From Patescibacteria group bacterium (GTDB taxonomy: Bacteria > Patescibacteriota > Patescibacteriia > UBA9570 > JAHJKD01): 64,000 bases of DNA. The stretch covers positions 10,322 to 74,321 of the forward strand of contig JAZDOC010000019.1 in the NCBI GenBank assembly GCA_043798935.1, in the 5' to 3' direction. Position 1 is the stretch's first letter. Each line of letters begins with the position of its first letter. Below are positions 53,925 through 63,617 of the stretch, piece by piece. Position numbers and translations under genes: made by a program. The notes below the pieces were generated by a model. The model searched no databases and was not told the origin of the DNA. It worked only from the letters and a program-made list of their open reading frames with translations.

Positions 53925-55292
53925 ATGATTAAAAAAAATAATAAACGATACGAGCTTTGGCAAAAAGGCTATAATATCGATGATGAAGTTTTTAAATTTA
54001 CGGTTGGTAAAGACCAGGTTTATGATCTGAAATATGCTCGACAAGACATTTTAGGTTCAATTGCTCACGCCGCTGGTCTTAAAAAAATCGGTGTATTAAC
54101 AGCGAGTGAATTTTCTAAATTAAAAAAAGAATTAGCAGGACTTTATAAGCAAGTTGGGCAAGGTAAATTTGTTATTCCAGAAACTGATGAGGATGTTCAT
54201 ACAACTGTTGAAAATCATGTCACAAAAAAATATGGGTCTTTAGGTAAAAAAATGCATACTGGAAGAAGTAGGAATGATCAATGTATAGTAGATCAGCATT
54301 TATATGCTAAAGATAAAGTGCTTGATATTTTGTATCACACCTTAGAAAGCGCTAAAATTTTTTATGAATTTGCTAAAAAATATGAAATGATCCCTATGCC
54401 GGGCTATACTCATATGCAAAGAGCTATGCCGGCTTCAGTTGGAATGTGGATGGGGTCTTTTTTAGAAAGCTTAATCGATAACATTAAAATTCTAAAATGC
54501 GCGTATGAAATTAATGATCAGTCTGCTTTAGGTAGCGCGGCTGGATTTGGAGTGGGTTTAAATTTAGACCGAGAGTATACAGCAAAATTAATGGGCTTTA
54601 AAAAAGTACAAAAAAATTCTATGTATGTTGCAGCCGGAAGAGGCATGATAGATTCTAATGTTATCTATGCATATTCATGCATTATGAATACTTATGCAAA
54701 GCTTGCCGGAGATATTTTAATGTTTACTATGGCTGAATTTAAGTACTTTCAATTGCCGGATAAATTTTGTACTGGGTCGTCTATTATGCCCCAAAAGAAA
54801 AATGGAGATGTGTTCGAATTAGTTCGAGCTAAAAGTAAAATTATGTTTGGTTTATTAGTAACTGAAATGGGCTTATACATGAACACGCCTTCCGGTTACA
54901 ATCGTGATTCACAATTATCTAAAGAACCAATGATGGAAAGTTCAGAATTAATGGAAAATACAGCCAAGATTATTAATCTTACTATTCCAGGATTAGAACC
55001 AATTGAAGAAAATCTTCGCAAAGCTTTCTCACCCGATATATATGCTACAGATTATGCATTAGAATTAGTTAAACAAGGAATGCCTTTTAGAGATGCTTAT
55101 CGAAAAGTTGCTAATGAAATTGATAAACTTGAAAGTCGTGATCCTGACAAAAATATTAGATCTAAAACACACATTGGCGCGACCGGCAATTTACAGCTAA
55201 ATAAAAGTTTGGCTGAAATTAGACAACATCAAGCCTGGTTAAAAAAAGAAAAAACTAACTTTGACAATGCCATTAAAAAACTTTTATCCTAA
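53925..55292 (+). CDS. argH: Argininosuccinate lyase-like (fumarate-lyase superfamily)
   Basis: 455 aa. LGKKMHTGRSRNDQ and the superfamily signature GSSIMPQKKNGD (ArgH: GSSIMPQKKNPD). No argG is present in the window. Confidence 0.65.
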   Translation: MIKKNNKRYELWQKGYNIDDEVFKFTVGKDQVYDLKYARQDILGSIAHAAGLKKIGVLTASEFSKLKKELAGLYKQVGQGKFVIPETDEDVHTTVENHVTKKYGSLGKKMHTGRSRNDQCIVDQHLYAKDKVLDILYHTLESAKIFYEFAKKYEMIPMPGYTHMQRAMPASVGMWMGSFLESLIDNIKILKCAYEINDQSALGSAAGFGVGLNLDREYTAKLMGFKKVQKNSMYVAAGRGMIDSNVIYAYSCIMNTYAKLAGDILMFTMAEFKYFQLPDKFCTGSSIMPQKKNGDVFELVRAKSKIMFGLLVTEMGLYMNTPSGYNRDSQLSKEPMMESSELMENTAKIINLTIPGLEPIEENLRKAFSPDIYATDYALELVKQGMPFRDAYRKVANEIDKLESRDPDKNIRSKTHIGATGNLQLNKSLAEIRQHQAWLKKEKTNFDNAIKKLLS

Positions 55293-55295
55293 AAT

Positions 55296-56123
55296 ATGGT
55301 CTCTTCTAGATTCTTAAGACATTTGGCTAGACATGATGGTGACGTTAGGCTAGCAAAAAAATCTGCAGATAATGATCGCCGATTAGCGTTCATTAATCAA
55401 AGAGATAGAAAACAAGCTGCATTAAAAAAACCTCATCAAGATCCAGCACTTTCTACTGGTGAACAAGCGACCGATTTAATGCTAGAAAGTGAAATGCTAG
55501 AAACAAAACCAGAAGAGAAACTAGAAACGGAACGCGAAAAAACAATCAGAGAATTAAGAGAAAGGGCGGAAAGAAAATTTAATGCCTGGGTAAATCAACA
55601 CGGGGCTAATCGCGAACTCTCAATAAACGAAAAATATTTACTTTTTTTAGCTTGTTATGAACAAGCTAATGATCCGACAAATATGGAAATTGCCGTTTTA
55701 AGACAGCAACCTAATCTTTTGTTATTTGTCGCAGTAGAAAGATCATCAGCTAATCGAAAAGAATTTAGTGAGGATGATCGTCAAGTTTTAAGGGCCATTG
55801 ATCCAACTTTACGACATGCTCAAGATTTAGTGAATAATCATTTTTATATTTATGAAGATCGCTTTTTGCAAAGTTTAGAAATGTTTGTCCAAGGAGATTT
55901 GGTTATAATGAATGCGTATGAAGATTGCTTGCCTAATAGTAAAACAGCGCAAGAAATTTTAGTAGAGCAGCTACAAAATCTAAAAAAATTAGGTTTCAGA
56001 GAAGTTGTATCACCATTTATGCTTGAGGGTATGGTGGTAGTAAGGGATTTATCCTTAGAAGATAGAAAAGTCAGAGGAATCGATTCTGGAAAATGGGACA
56101 ATTATTGTGTATATTATAAATAA
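55296..56123 (+). CDS. Hypothetical soluble protein, compositionally atypical (orphan)
   Basis: 275 aa, R/E/Q/D-rich, no motif. Sits between argH-like and pyrD. Confidence 0.5.
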   Translation: MVSSRFLRHLARHDGDVRLAKKSADNDRRLAFINQRDRKQAALKKPHQDPALSTGEQATDLMLESEMLETKPEEKLETEREKTIRELRERAERKFNAWVNQHGANRELSINEKYLLFLACYEQANDPTNMEIAVLRQQPNLLLFVAVERSSANRKEFSEDDRQVLRAIDPTLRHAQDLVNNHFYIYEDRFLQSLEMFVQGDLVIMNAYEDCLPNSKTAQEILVEQLQNLKKLGFREVVSPFMLEGMVVVRDLSLEDRKVRGIDSGKWDNYCVYYK

Positions 56124-56147
56124 TATAAAAATGTTATAATATTTACC

Positions 56148-57059
56148 ATGAACACACAAATAAATTTTCTCAAAAAAAAATTCAAAAATCCTTTAGTTTT
56201 AGCCTCAGGAATTAGGGGATTAACCGGAGCCAACATGGCCAAAGTTATTAGAGATGGCGGTGGAGGCGTAACTTCAAAATCAGCTTCTCTTGAAGCTAGA
56301 ACCGGACACGCTAATCCCACCATGAGCGGAACTGAGCATTATTTTATTAATGCTGTAGGTTTTTCAAATCCTGGAATCGGCAATGTAATCGAAGAGATTA
56401 AAACTTATAAAAAATTAACTAATACACCGATTATCGGTAGTATTTTCGCCGGCGATATTAAAGGATTTGGTATAATTGCCAAAAAAATGGACAAAGCGCC
56501 AATTGATATTATGGAAGTGGATATTTCTTGCCCAAATGTCATGCAAGAATTTGGTGAACCTTTAGCTTTTAGCGCCAAAGCCGCTGCGGCTGTCACTAAA
56601 TTGGTCAAAAAAAACACTAAAAAACCTATTACAGTAAAACTGTCGCCCGGTGCCTGGAACATTGCTGAAATCGCAGTTTCTTGCGAAAAAGCTGGTGCTG
56701 ATGCCATTACAGCAGTGAATACAATGCCCTCAATAATGATTTCGGCTAAAGCCAGCAGGCCGGTATTAACAAATGGCATTGGCGGCATGAGTGGACCAGC
56801 TTTAAAACCAATTGCACTAAGATGTGTTTGGCAAATCGCTCAAGCCGTAAAAATTCCGATTATTGGCACTGGTGGCATTACAACCGGTGAAGACGCTATT
56901 GAAATGATGATGGCCGGAGCCAGTTTAGTTGGCGTTGGCACAGCATTTTATTATCGCGGTCCAAAGACAATGAAATTAATTAATGATGAAATTAAACAAT
57001 TCATGAAAGAAGAAGGGATTAAAGACCTTAAATCAATAATTAAAAAAGCTCATGTCTAA
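56148..57059 (+). CDS. pyrD: Dihydroorotate dehydrogenase, class 1B catalytic subunit
   Basis: 303 aa. NPLVLASG..., FMN-binding glycine-rich blocks. Followed by an overlapping pyrK. Confidence 0.85.
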   Translation: MNTQINFLKKKFKNPLVLASGIRGLTGANMAKVIRDGGGGVTSKSASLEARTGHANPTMSGTEHYFINAVGFSNPGIGNVIEEIKTYKKLTNTPIIGSIFAGDIKGFGIIAKKMDKAPIDIMEVDISCPNVMQEFGEPLAFSAKAAAAVTKLVKKNTKKPITVKLSPGAWNIAEIAVSCEKAGADAITAVNTMPSIMISAKASRPVLTNGIGGMSGPALKPIALRCVWQIAQAVKIPIIGTGGITTGEDAIEMMMAGASLVGVGTAFYYRGPKTMKLINDEIKQFMKEEGIKDLKSIIKKAHV

Positions 57060-57828
57060 ACCAATAATTTGTAAAATTTTAAAAGTTAAAACTGAAACGC
57101 ATAAAATAAAGACTTTTACAATTGATTATAAACTTGATGCCAAGCCCGGGCAATTTGTAATGCTGTGGCTTCCCGGTGTAGACCAAAAGCCTATTTCCAT
57201 TTCTTCACAAACAAAAAACAATTTTGATTTAACTATTTTTGAAATCGGACCAGCTACTAAAGCCATGATGAAATTAAAAGTCGGGGATACAGTCGGTATT
57301 TCCGGTCCCTATGGTAAAGGATTTAATATAAAGCCTAAATCAAACATCATTTTAGTTGGCGGTGGTTGTGGATCGGCGCCATTAAAATTAGTTGCAGAAG
57401 AGGCTAAAAAATTAAAATGTAAAGTTGAATTTATTTCCGGAGCCAGAACCAAAAAAGACGTCTTATTTCCCGGATCATGTTTAGTCACCACAGACGACGG
57501 TTCAGCTGGGTTTAAAGGGTATCCAACTCAAAAATTAGAAGAATTATTAAAAAACAAAAAACAAAAATATTCAAAAGTGTATACTTGCGGACCAGAACCA
57601 ATGATGAAAGTATTGGTCCAAATTTGTAAAAAATATAAAGTCCTATGTGAAATTTCCATGGAACGATATATGAAATGCGGTTATGGGGTTTGCGGTCAAT
57701 GCGCCGTCGATCCATTAGGAATATGTATCTGCCAGGATGGACCAGTATTTTCCGGCCAGCTAGCCGAAAAAATCACCGAATTCGGCAAATATCATCGCGA
57801 TAAATCCGGAACAAAACATAATTTTTAA
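57052..57828 (+). CDS. pyrK: Dihydroorotate dehydrogenase electron-transfer subunit
   Basis: 258 aa. FAD/NAD-binding fold with C-terminal 2Fe-2S Cys cluster CGYGVCGQCAV...CICQDGPVF. Confidence 0.8.
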   Translation: MSKPIICKILKVKTETHKIKTFTIDYKLDAKPGQFVMLWLPGVDQKPISISSQTKNNFDLTIFEIGPATKAMMKLKVGDTVGISGPYGKGFNIKPKSNIILVGGGCGSAPLKLVAEEAKKLKCKVEFISGARTKKDVLFPGSCLVTTDDGSAGFKGYPTQKLEELLKNKKQKYSKVYTCGPEPMMKVLVQICKKYKVLCEISMERYMKCGYGVCGQCAVDPLGICICQDGPVFSGQLAEKITEFGKYHRDKSGTKHNF

Positions 57829-57836
57829 TTTAATAT

Positions 57837-58796
57837 ATGCCAGAACAACTATTAAGACCAGAAAGTGGTCTGACAAAAAAATTAAAAAATCTGGAATGGG
57901 ATCTAACAAACAGTGAGGATAGAGAATTATTTTATAAAGCGCTGAGCATTGTCCGTATGGTAGAAGCGATTGTACGTGAAAAAGACGGTCAAGATTTACA
58001 ACCTGAAGATGCTAAAAAAGTGTATGCTGAAATAGCTGCCAATTTTTCAAATACAGAGTTGCAAAGAATGGGCCAATTAGCCTTTCCGCAATGGTTTTCA
58101 GCCGATCGTTTACCATCCTATGAAAAAATTAAACAAGGTGTGGGCGTGCCACATATTATTACTGCTAACAAAGAAATGGGCAGATACATCGCTGAAAGTG
58201 AATCTGATAAACCGGAAATTTTAGATTTGGGAGCTGGTACCATGGGAACGGGTGTATTAGTAGCAATGGCCTTGAATGAACAAGGTAAGCAAGCAGTTAT
58301 AACTGGTGTTGAATATACGCCAAAATTAGTTGATGTTTCTAGAGAAACTTCACAAAAAATTATGGCTGAAATGCCGAATATTAATGTTAGAATTGAACCA
58401 AATGATATTGAAAATTTTGTACAACAGGCCAAAGCCGAGGGAAAAACATATTATCATGTCACGGCATCTTATGTGATACATCACTTAAAAAAAGATAATC
58501 AGGAAAAATTAATTGCTGATGTATTTGAAGTTGTTAAACCCGGCGGCTCACTTCAAATTGCTGATCCACAAGAAGGTATTTCACAATTCAATTTGAAAGT
58601 TTTGTTACCAAATGAACCTGAAGGAATTTTTGCTGAATTTACCAGTCCAGATGAAATGGTTGAATTTATGAAAAAAGCTGGATTTGTAAATGTTGAAGTA
58701 GTATTGCGGGATGATCCACAGCACCCGGACAATCCGGGTAAAACAGAGGGCAACTATACCGGTTATTTAGTACGTGGAATTAAACCTAAAGAATAA
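57837..58796 (+). CDS. Class I SAM-dependent methyltransferase-like protein, compositionally atypical
   Basis: 319 aa. Motif I ILDLGAGTMGTG and VKPGGSL. Inserted between pyrK and pyrE. Confidence 0.55.
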   Translation: MPEQLLRPESGLTKKLKNLEWDLTNSEDRELFYKALSIVRMVEAIVREKDGQDLQPEDAKKVYAEIAANFSNTELQRMGQLAFPQWFSADRLPSYEKIKQGVGVPHIITANKEMGRYIAESESDKPEILDLGAGTMGTGVLVAMALNEQGKQAVITGVEYTPKLVDVSRETSQKIMAEMPNINVRIEPNDIENFVQQAKAEGKTYYHVTASYVIHHLKKDNQEKLIADVFEVVKPGGSLQIADPQEGISQFNLKVLLPNEPEGIFAEFTSPDEMVEFMKKAGFVNVEVVLRDDPQHPDNPGKTEGNYTGYLVRGIKPKE

Positions 58797-58808
58797 TTAA
58801 TAAAATAT

Positions 58809-59450
58809 ATGAACCAAGAACGAGCAAAAAAAATTGCAAAATTATTGTTAAAAATTAAAGCGGTAACTCTAAACGTAGAAAAGCCCTATCGATATACTTC
58901 GGGAATATTATCGCCAATTTATTGCGATAATAGATTGATTATGTCTTATCCGGAAAAAAGAAAAGAAGTAGTACAAGCTTTTTTAGACATGATTAAAGAA
59001 GAAAATTTAGAATTTGATGTTGTAGCCGGAGTGGCTACAGCCGGCATTACGCATGCGGCATTTATTGCCGAAAAATTAGACTTACCCATGGCCTATATCA
59101 GATCCAGTAAAAAAGAACATGGCAAAGAAAATAAAATCGAAGGAAAAATCGACGACGATCAAAAAGCTTTGATTGTTGAAGACTTAGTCAGCACCGGTGG
59201 CAGCTCGGTTGACGCTGCCACGGCCGTAAAAAAAGTTACCGATTGCATTGCAGTTTTTACCTATGAAATGGAAAAAGCTAAACAAAAATTTGCTGATGCC
59301 AACATTAATCTTTACACTTTATCAAATTTCTCAACCTTAATGGAAGTAGCTGTCGAAGAAAATTATATTACTAACGAACAAAAAAACATTGCCCTTGAAT
59401 GGAACAATGATCCTCAGGGCTGGGGCAAAAAAATGGGTTTTGAAAATTAA
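58809..59450 (+). CDS. pyrE: Orotate phosphoribosyltransferase
   Basis: 213 aa. PRPP-binding LIVEDLVSTGGS. Confidence 0.85.
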   Translation: MNQERAKKIAKLLLKIKAVTLNVEKPYRYTSGILSPIYCDNRLIMSYPEKRKEVVQAFLDMIKEENLEFDVVAGVATAGITHAAFIAEKLDLPMAYIRSSKKEHGKENKIEGKIDDDQKALIVEDLVSTGGSSVDAATAVKKVTDCIAVFTYEMEKAKQKFADANINLYTLSNFSTLMEVAVEENYITNEQKNIALEWNNDPQGWGKKMGFEN

Positions 59451-59496
59451 AATTTAGCCCCTGGCTTTAGCCAGTAGGCGCCATAATAAATTATAT

Positions 59497-60255
59497 ATGA
59501 CATACGAACAAAAACTACAATCCGCGAAAAATCCAACCGCTCAAAAATTATTAGAGTTAATGCTAGAAAAACAAACTAATCTATCTATTGCAGCAGATTT
59601 AACATCTGGTGCTGAAATTTTAGATTTACTGGATAAAATCGGTTCAGAAATATGTGTGGCTAAAATGCACATTGATGTACTGACAGATTTTTCAAATGAT
59701 TTCATAAATAAACTTGTTGAGCTGAAAGAAAAGCATAATTTTTTAATTTTTGAAGATCGAAAATTTGCCGACATAGGTAATACTGTAAAAATGCAATATG
59801 CTCAAGGAATTTATCACATAGTTGACTGGGCTGATATTACTAATGCCCATACAGTTCCAGGACCAGGAATTATCGAGGGATTAAAAGAAGTGGGGTTACC
59901 AAAAGGCCGAGGATTATTGCTTTTAGCTGAAATGACACCTGAGGGCACACTTGCCAAAGGCGAATACACCCAAGCTTCCATAAAAATGGCTCAAGAACAC
60001 GATGACTTCGTGTTTGGTTTCATTACCACTAAACAATTAGTCGATGATCCAAAATTCATAAATTTCACTCCTGGCGTTAAATTTGGCGGCGGCGGCGATG
60101 GGCTTAAACAACAGTACAACACACCAGAAAACGCCATTTCTAGCGGCTCAGACGTGCTTATAGTGGGACGTGGCATCTACGAAGCCCACAATCCAGCTGA
60201 AGAAGCTAAGAAGTATAGGGAAGAAGCTTGGAAAGCTTATGAAGGCATGACCTAG
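59497..60255 (+). CDS. pyrF: Orotidine 5'-phosphate decarboxylase
   Basis: 252 aa. DRKFADIGNTV (DxKxxDIxxT) catalytic motif. Confidence 0.8.
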   Translation: MTYEQKLQSAKNPTAQKLLELMLEKQTNLSIAADLTSGAEILDLLDKIGSEICVAKMHIDVLTDFSNDFINKLVELKEKHNFLIFEDRKFADIGNTVKMQYAQGIYHIVDWADITNAHTVPGPGIIEGLKEVGLPKGRGLLLLAEMTPEGTLAKGEYTQASIKMAQEHDDFVFGFITTKQLVDDPKFINFTPGVKFGGGGDGLKQQYNTPENAISSGSDVLIVGRGIYEAHNPAEEAKKYREEAWKAYEGMT

Positions 60256-60288
60256 ACAAACTAGGTCATAACAATGTTATGATTGACC
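60249..60288. other. Two adjacent stem-loops between convergent pyrF and the miaB-like gene (no U-tract)
   Basis: gacctag-acaaa-ctaggtc (60249-60267) overlaps the pyrF stop. An imperfect second hairpin, ggtcataac..gttatgattgacc, follows. Confidence 0.3.
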
Positions 60289-60293
60289 TTGTG

Positions 60294-61559
60294 TCAATCA
60301 GATAATTTGCCTTCCATCCTAAAACTGTCAACTTGAATAATCTTAATATCTACAAATTCACCCACTAATTTTTTAGTTTTTGGTGCCTTAAAACGAACGG
60401 TTACATTTTGTTCGGTTCGTCCCAGCCAATGAACTTTACGATATTTTTCCACTAAAACTTTGACTTCTTTATTTAAATATTTTTTGTTATAATCCAGCGC
60501 TGTATCATCAAGAATTTTTTCTAATTCATGGTTTCTTTTGATTTTAATTTCTCGGCTTACTTGGTTTTTCATTTTCGCCGCCGGAGTGCCTGGCCTAATT
60601 GAGTACTGAGCAATAAAAGCCATATTAAATTTAATTGTTTTCATTAATTTAGCAGTATCAGCAAACTGCTTACTGGTTTCACCCGGGAAACCAACTATAA
60701 TATCAGTTGAGAGGGAAACATCTGGAATATTGTTTTTAATCTTATTTATTAAGTTAGTGTATTGTTTAATTGTATAAGGTCTATTCATTCTTTTTAAAAC
60801 CGTATCATTTCCAGATTGAACCGGTAAATTGATTTGTTTGCAGATATTTGGATACTTCGCAATAACTTGAATTAATTTTTCCGAAAAATCCTTAGGATGC
60901 GGTGAAGTAAATCGAATCCAAATATTTTTATCTAATTTAGCAATTTTTTCTAACAGGGCAGGGAAATCGATTTCTGTTTCTTTGTCCTTTCCATAAGAAT
61001 TAACATTTTCACCGAGAAGAGTTATTTCTTTATAACCTTTTTTTACTAAATTTTTGCACTCTTTAATAATTTCCCGAGAAGATCTGGACCATTCACGTCC
61101 ACGGGTGTATGGCACGGCACAATAAGTGCAATAGTTATTACAACCGATTATAATAGGAACAACCGCCTGAAATTTTGAACTATAAATCGGCTCAACTTTT
61201 AAATAATTACTGGGCAATCGCAAATCAGTTTGTTTTAATAATTTTGGTAATTTTTTTAAATCTTTAATATTGAACATCAAATCAAATTTAGGTTTGAATT
61301 TTTCAATATCTTTATCTAAAACACAACCGGTTAAAACTGTAATCAATTCACCTTTGCGCTGACGCTTTTGCCACCATCGAAACTTTCCGTATATCCGGTC
61401 AATACCGGATTGTCTAATCGAACAAGACACGACCACAATTAAATCAGCTTTTTTATCATCATCGATTTTTTTATAACCCAAATCCTGCAAAACGTGTTCA
61501 ATCCGCATGGCATCAGATTTATTCATCTGGCAGCCTAAAGGCCAAATCCAATATCTCAT
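60294..61559 (-). CDS. MiaB/RimO-family radical-SAM methylthiotransferase
   Basis: 421 aa. MTTase N-terminal domain (three Cys), radical SAM CNNYCTYC, C-terminal TRAM domain. Confidence 0.8.
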   Translation of the reverse strand: MRYWIWPLGCQMNKSDAMRIEHVLQDLGYKKIDDDKKADLIVVVSCSIRQSGIDRIYGKFRWWQKRQRKGELITVLTGCVLDKDIEKFKPKFDLMFNIKDLKKLPKLLKQTDLRLPSNYLKVEPIYSSKFQAVVPIIIGCNNYCTYCAVPYTRGREWSRSSREIIKECKNLVKKGYKEITLLGENVNSYGKDKETEIDFPALLEKIAKLDKNIWIRFTSPHPKDFSEKLIQVIAKYPNICKQINLPVQSGNDTVLKRMNRPYTIKQYTNLINKIKNNIPDVSLSTDIIVGFPGETSKQFADTAKLMKTIKFNMAFIAQYSIRPGTPAAKMKNQVSREIKIKRNHELEKILDDTALDYNKKYLNKEVKVLVEKYRKVHWLGRTEQNVTVRFKAPKTKKLVGEFVDIKIIQVDSFRMEGKLSD

Positions 61560-61622
61560 ATTTACTTATTAATTGATATTTGATAGAATATTAACAAAGT
61601 TTGACATTTTATTCAATAAATT

Positions 61623-61859
61623 ATGAAGATGTCTAAAAAGAAAATAATACTATATATAATAATAACCATTGTTGGTGTATTTATCATTTTTACAAACTAT
61701 TTAATCGCAACCGAGAAAATACTTTTTTCTTGGGATTCTGATTTTATGTGCAAGCCAGTCTGTTTTGCGCCTTACAACTGTCTGCAAAAAGGAATAGCAT
61801 TTAATTTTGATAATTATAAAAAAGAAATTATAGTCATTAATGACAGCTGTAAAAAATAA
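61623..61859 (+). CDS. Small Cys-containing protein with N-terminal hydrophobic segment (possible secreted/membrane peptide)
   Basis: 78 aa ORF between two convergent genes. N-terminus KKKIILYIIITIVGVFIIF. Four Cys (CKPVCF..C..C). Confidence 0.3.
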   Translation: MKMSKKKIILYIIITIVGVFIIFTNYLIATEKILFSWDSDFMCKPVCFAPYNCLQKGIAFNFDNYKKEIIVINDSCKK

Positions 61860-61873
61860 TTCTAAATATAAAA

Positions 61874-63613
61874 TTATAAATCAAACGATTTATTAATGAT
61901 ATTTTTTTTTATTTGATCAATAAATTCTATTTTAGAAATTTTTCGCGCTTCTTTTTCACCTCGAAATCTCACCATTAAATCAGCTGATTCCATTTCTTTA
62001 TCGCCAATAACAAGTAAATAAGGAATTTTTTGTTTAATCGCTTTTCTGATTTTATTACCGACCGTCTCGGCTGTTAAATCTAACTCAACACGCAAATCAT
62101 TTTTTTTGAATTCTTCAGCTAATTGTCGGCAATGTTCTTCATGTTTTTCACCAACTGAAATTATCGTCACTTGAACAGGGGATAGCCAAACCGGAAAATT
62201 GCCGGCAAAATGTTCAATTAAAATTCCTAAAAATCTTTCTACTGCCCCGTAAATTACGCGGTGCATCATAACCGGTCTTTTTTTGTTTCCTTCTTTGTCG
62301 ATATAAGTTAAATCAAATCTTTCCGGCAAATTCATATCAACCTGAATAGTAGCGCATTGCCAAGTGCGTCCCAAAGCATCTTCCAAATGCACATCTATTT
62401 TTGGACCATAGAAAGCTCCATCGCCGGCATTAATTTTAAATTCGCGCTTTGTTTTGATTAATGCTTTTTCCAACATTGAAGTGGATAATTCCCAAGCACT
62501 GTCGGTGCCGATGGATTTAACCGGACGAGTAGACAATTCTAAATGATACTTTAAACCAAATGTAGAATACATTTCATCAATAATATTTAATATTTCAAGA
62601 ACTTGATCCTGAATCTGATGTTCTTCTACAAAAATATGGGCATCATCCTGATGAAAAGTTCGTACTCGAAATAATCCAGCTAATACTCCAGATTTTTCGT
62701 GCCTGTGAACTTGGCCAATCTCACCAATTTTTAAAGGAAATTCTTTATATGAATGCAAATCTTCTTTATAAGCCAGCATTCCGCCTGGACAATTCATAGG
62801 TTTAATCACATAAATATTTTCATCAATTTCCGAAGTATACATATTTTCCCGATAATAATCCCAATGACCGCTGGTTTCCCATAATGCTTTATTAAACATA
62901 ATAGGTGTTTTAATTTCCTGATAATTATATTTAATGTGCACTTCACGCCAATACTTTAATAATTCATTCCAAATTATTAATCCATTGTTTAAAAAGATGG
63001 GGAAGCCTGGCCCATATTCACTCATGGTAAACAGCTTTAATTCTTTACCTAATTTACGATGGTCTCTTTTTTCAGCTTCTGCAATTAGTTCTAAATGTTT
63101 TTTTAATTCTGCCTCAGTTTTAAAAGCCACGCCATAGATTCTAGTAAGCATTTTATTTTTTTCATCGCCCCGCCAATACGCACCGGCAATTTTTGTGAGT
63201 TTAAATGCTTTGGGATCAATTTCTGAGGTATTATTTACATGCGGTCCGTCACATAAATTATGAAATGAACCACTGTCATAAAAATTTACCTTTTTATTCC
63301 CTTTGCTTTCTAATTCTTTAGTTAATTCAGTTTTGTAAGGATCATTTTTATAAAATTTTAAAGAATCTTCAATAGAACTTTCAGATTTGATAAAATCAAT
63401 TTTTTGTTGTAATAATTTTTTTATTCTTTTTTCCAATTTTGGTAAAATATTATCATTAATAGGTTCGGCTAATTCATAATCCTGATAAAAGCCATTATCA
63501 ATACATGGGCCAACTCCTAATTTTGCATCTGGATAAATATCTAAAATCGCCATAGTCATAACATGCGAAAGCGAATGACGAATTTTATCAATTTCAGAAT
63601 TATGTTCGGTCAT
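61874..63613 (-). CDS. thrS: Threonyl-tRNA synthetase lacking the N-terminal TGS domain
   Basis: 579 aa. It begins in the editing (N2) domain: HSLSH and CDGPH. Class II motifs (RDHRKLG, FHQDDAHIF) and a C-terminal anticodon-binding domain. Confidence 0.9.
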   Translation of the reverse strand: MTEHNSEIDKIRHSLSHVMTMAILDIYPDAKLGVGPCIDNGFYQDYELAEPINDNILPKLEKRIKKLLQQKIDFIKSESSIEDSLKFYKNDPYKTELTKELESKGNKKVNFYDSGSFHNLCDGPHVNNTSEIDPKAFKLTKIAGAYWRGDEKNKMLTRIYGVAFKTEAELKKHLELIAEAEKRDHRKLGKELKLFTMSEYGPGFPIFLNNGLIIWNELLKYWREVHIKYNYQEIKTPIMFNKALWETSGHWDYYRENMYTSEIDENIYVIKPMNCPGGMLAYKEDLHSYKEFPLKIGEIGQVHRHEKSGVLAGLFRVRTFHQDDAHIFVEEHQIQDQVLEILNIIDEMYSTFGLKYHLELSTRPVKSIGTDSAWELSTSMLEKALIKTKREFKINAGDGAFYGPKIDVHLEDALGRTWQCATIQVDMNLPERFDLTYIDKEGNKKRPVMMHRVIYGAVERFLGILIEHFAGNFPVWLSPVQVTIISVGEKHEEHCRQLAEEFKKNDLRVELDLTAETVGNKIRKAIKQKIPYLLVIGDKEMESADLMVRFRGEKEARKISKIEFIDQIKKNIINKSFDL

Positions 63614-63617
63614 AAAT

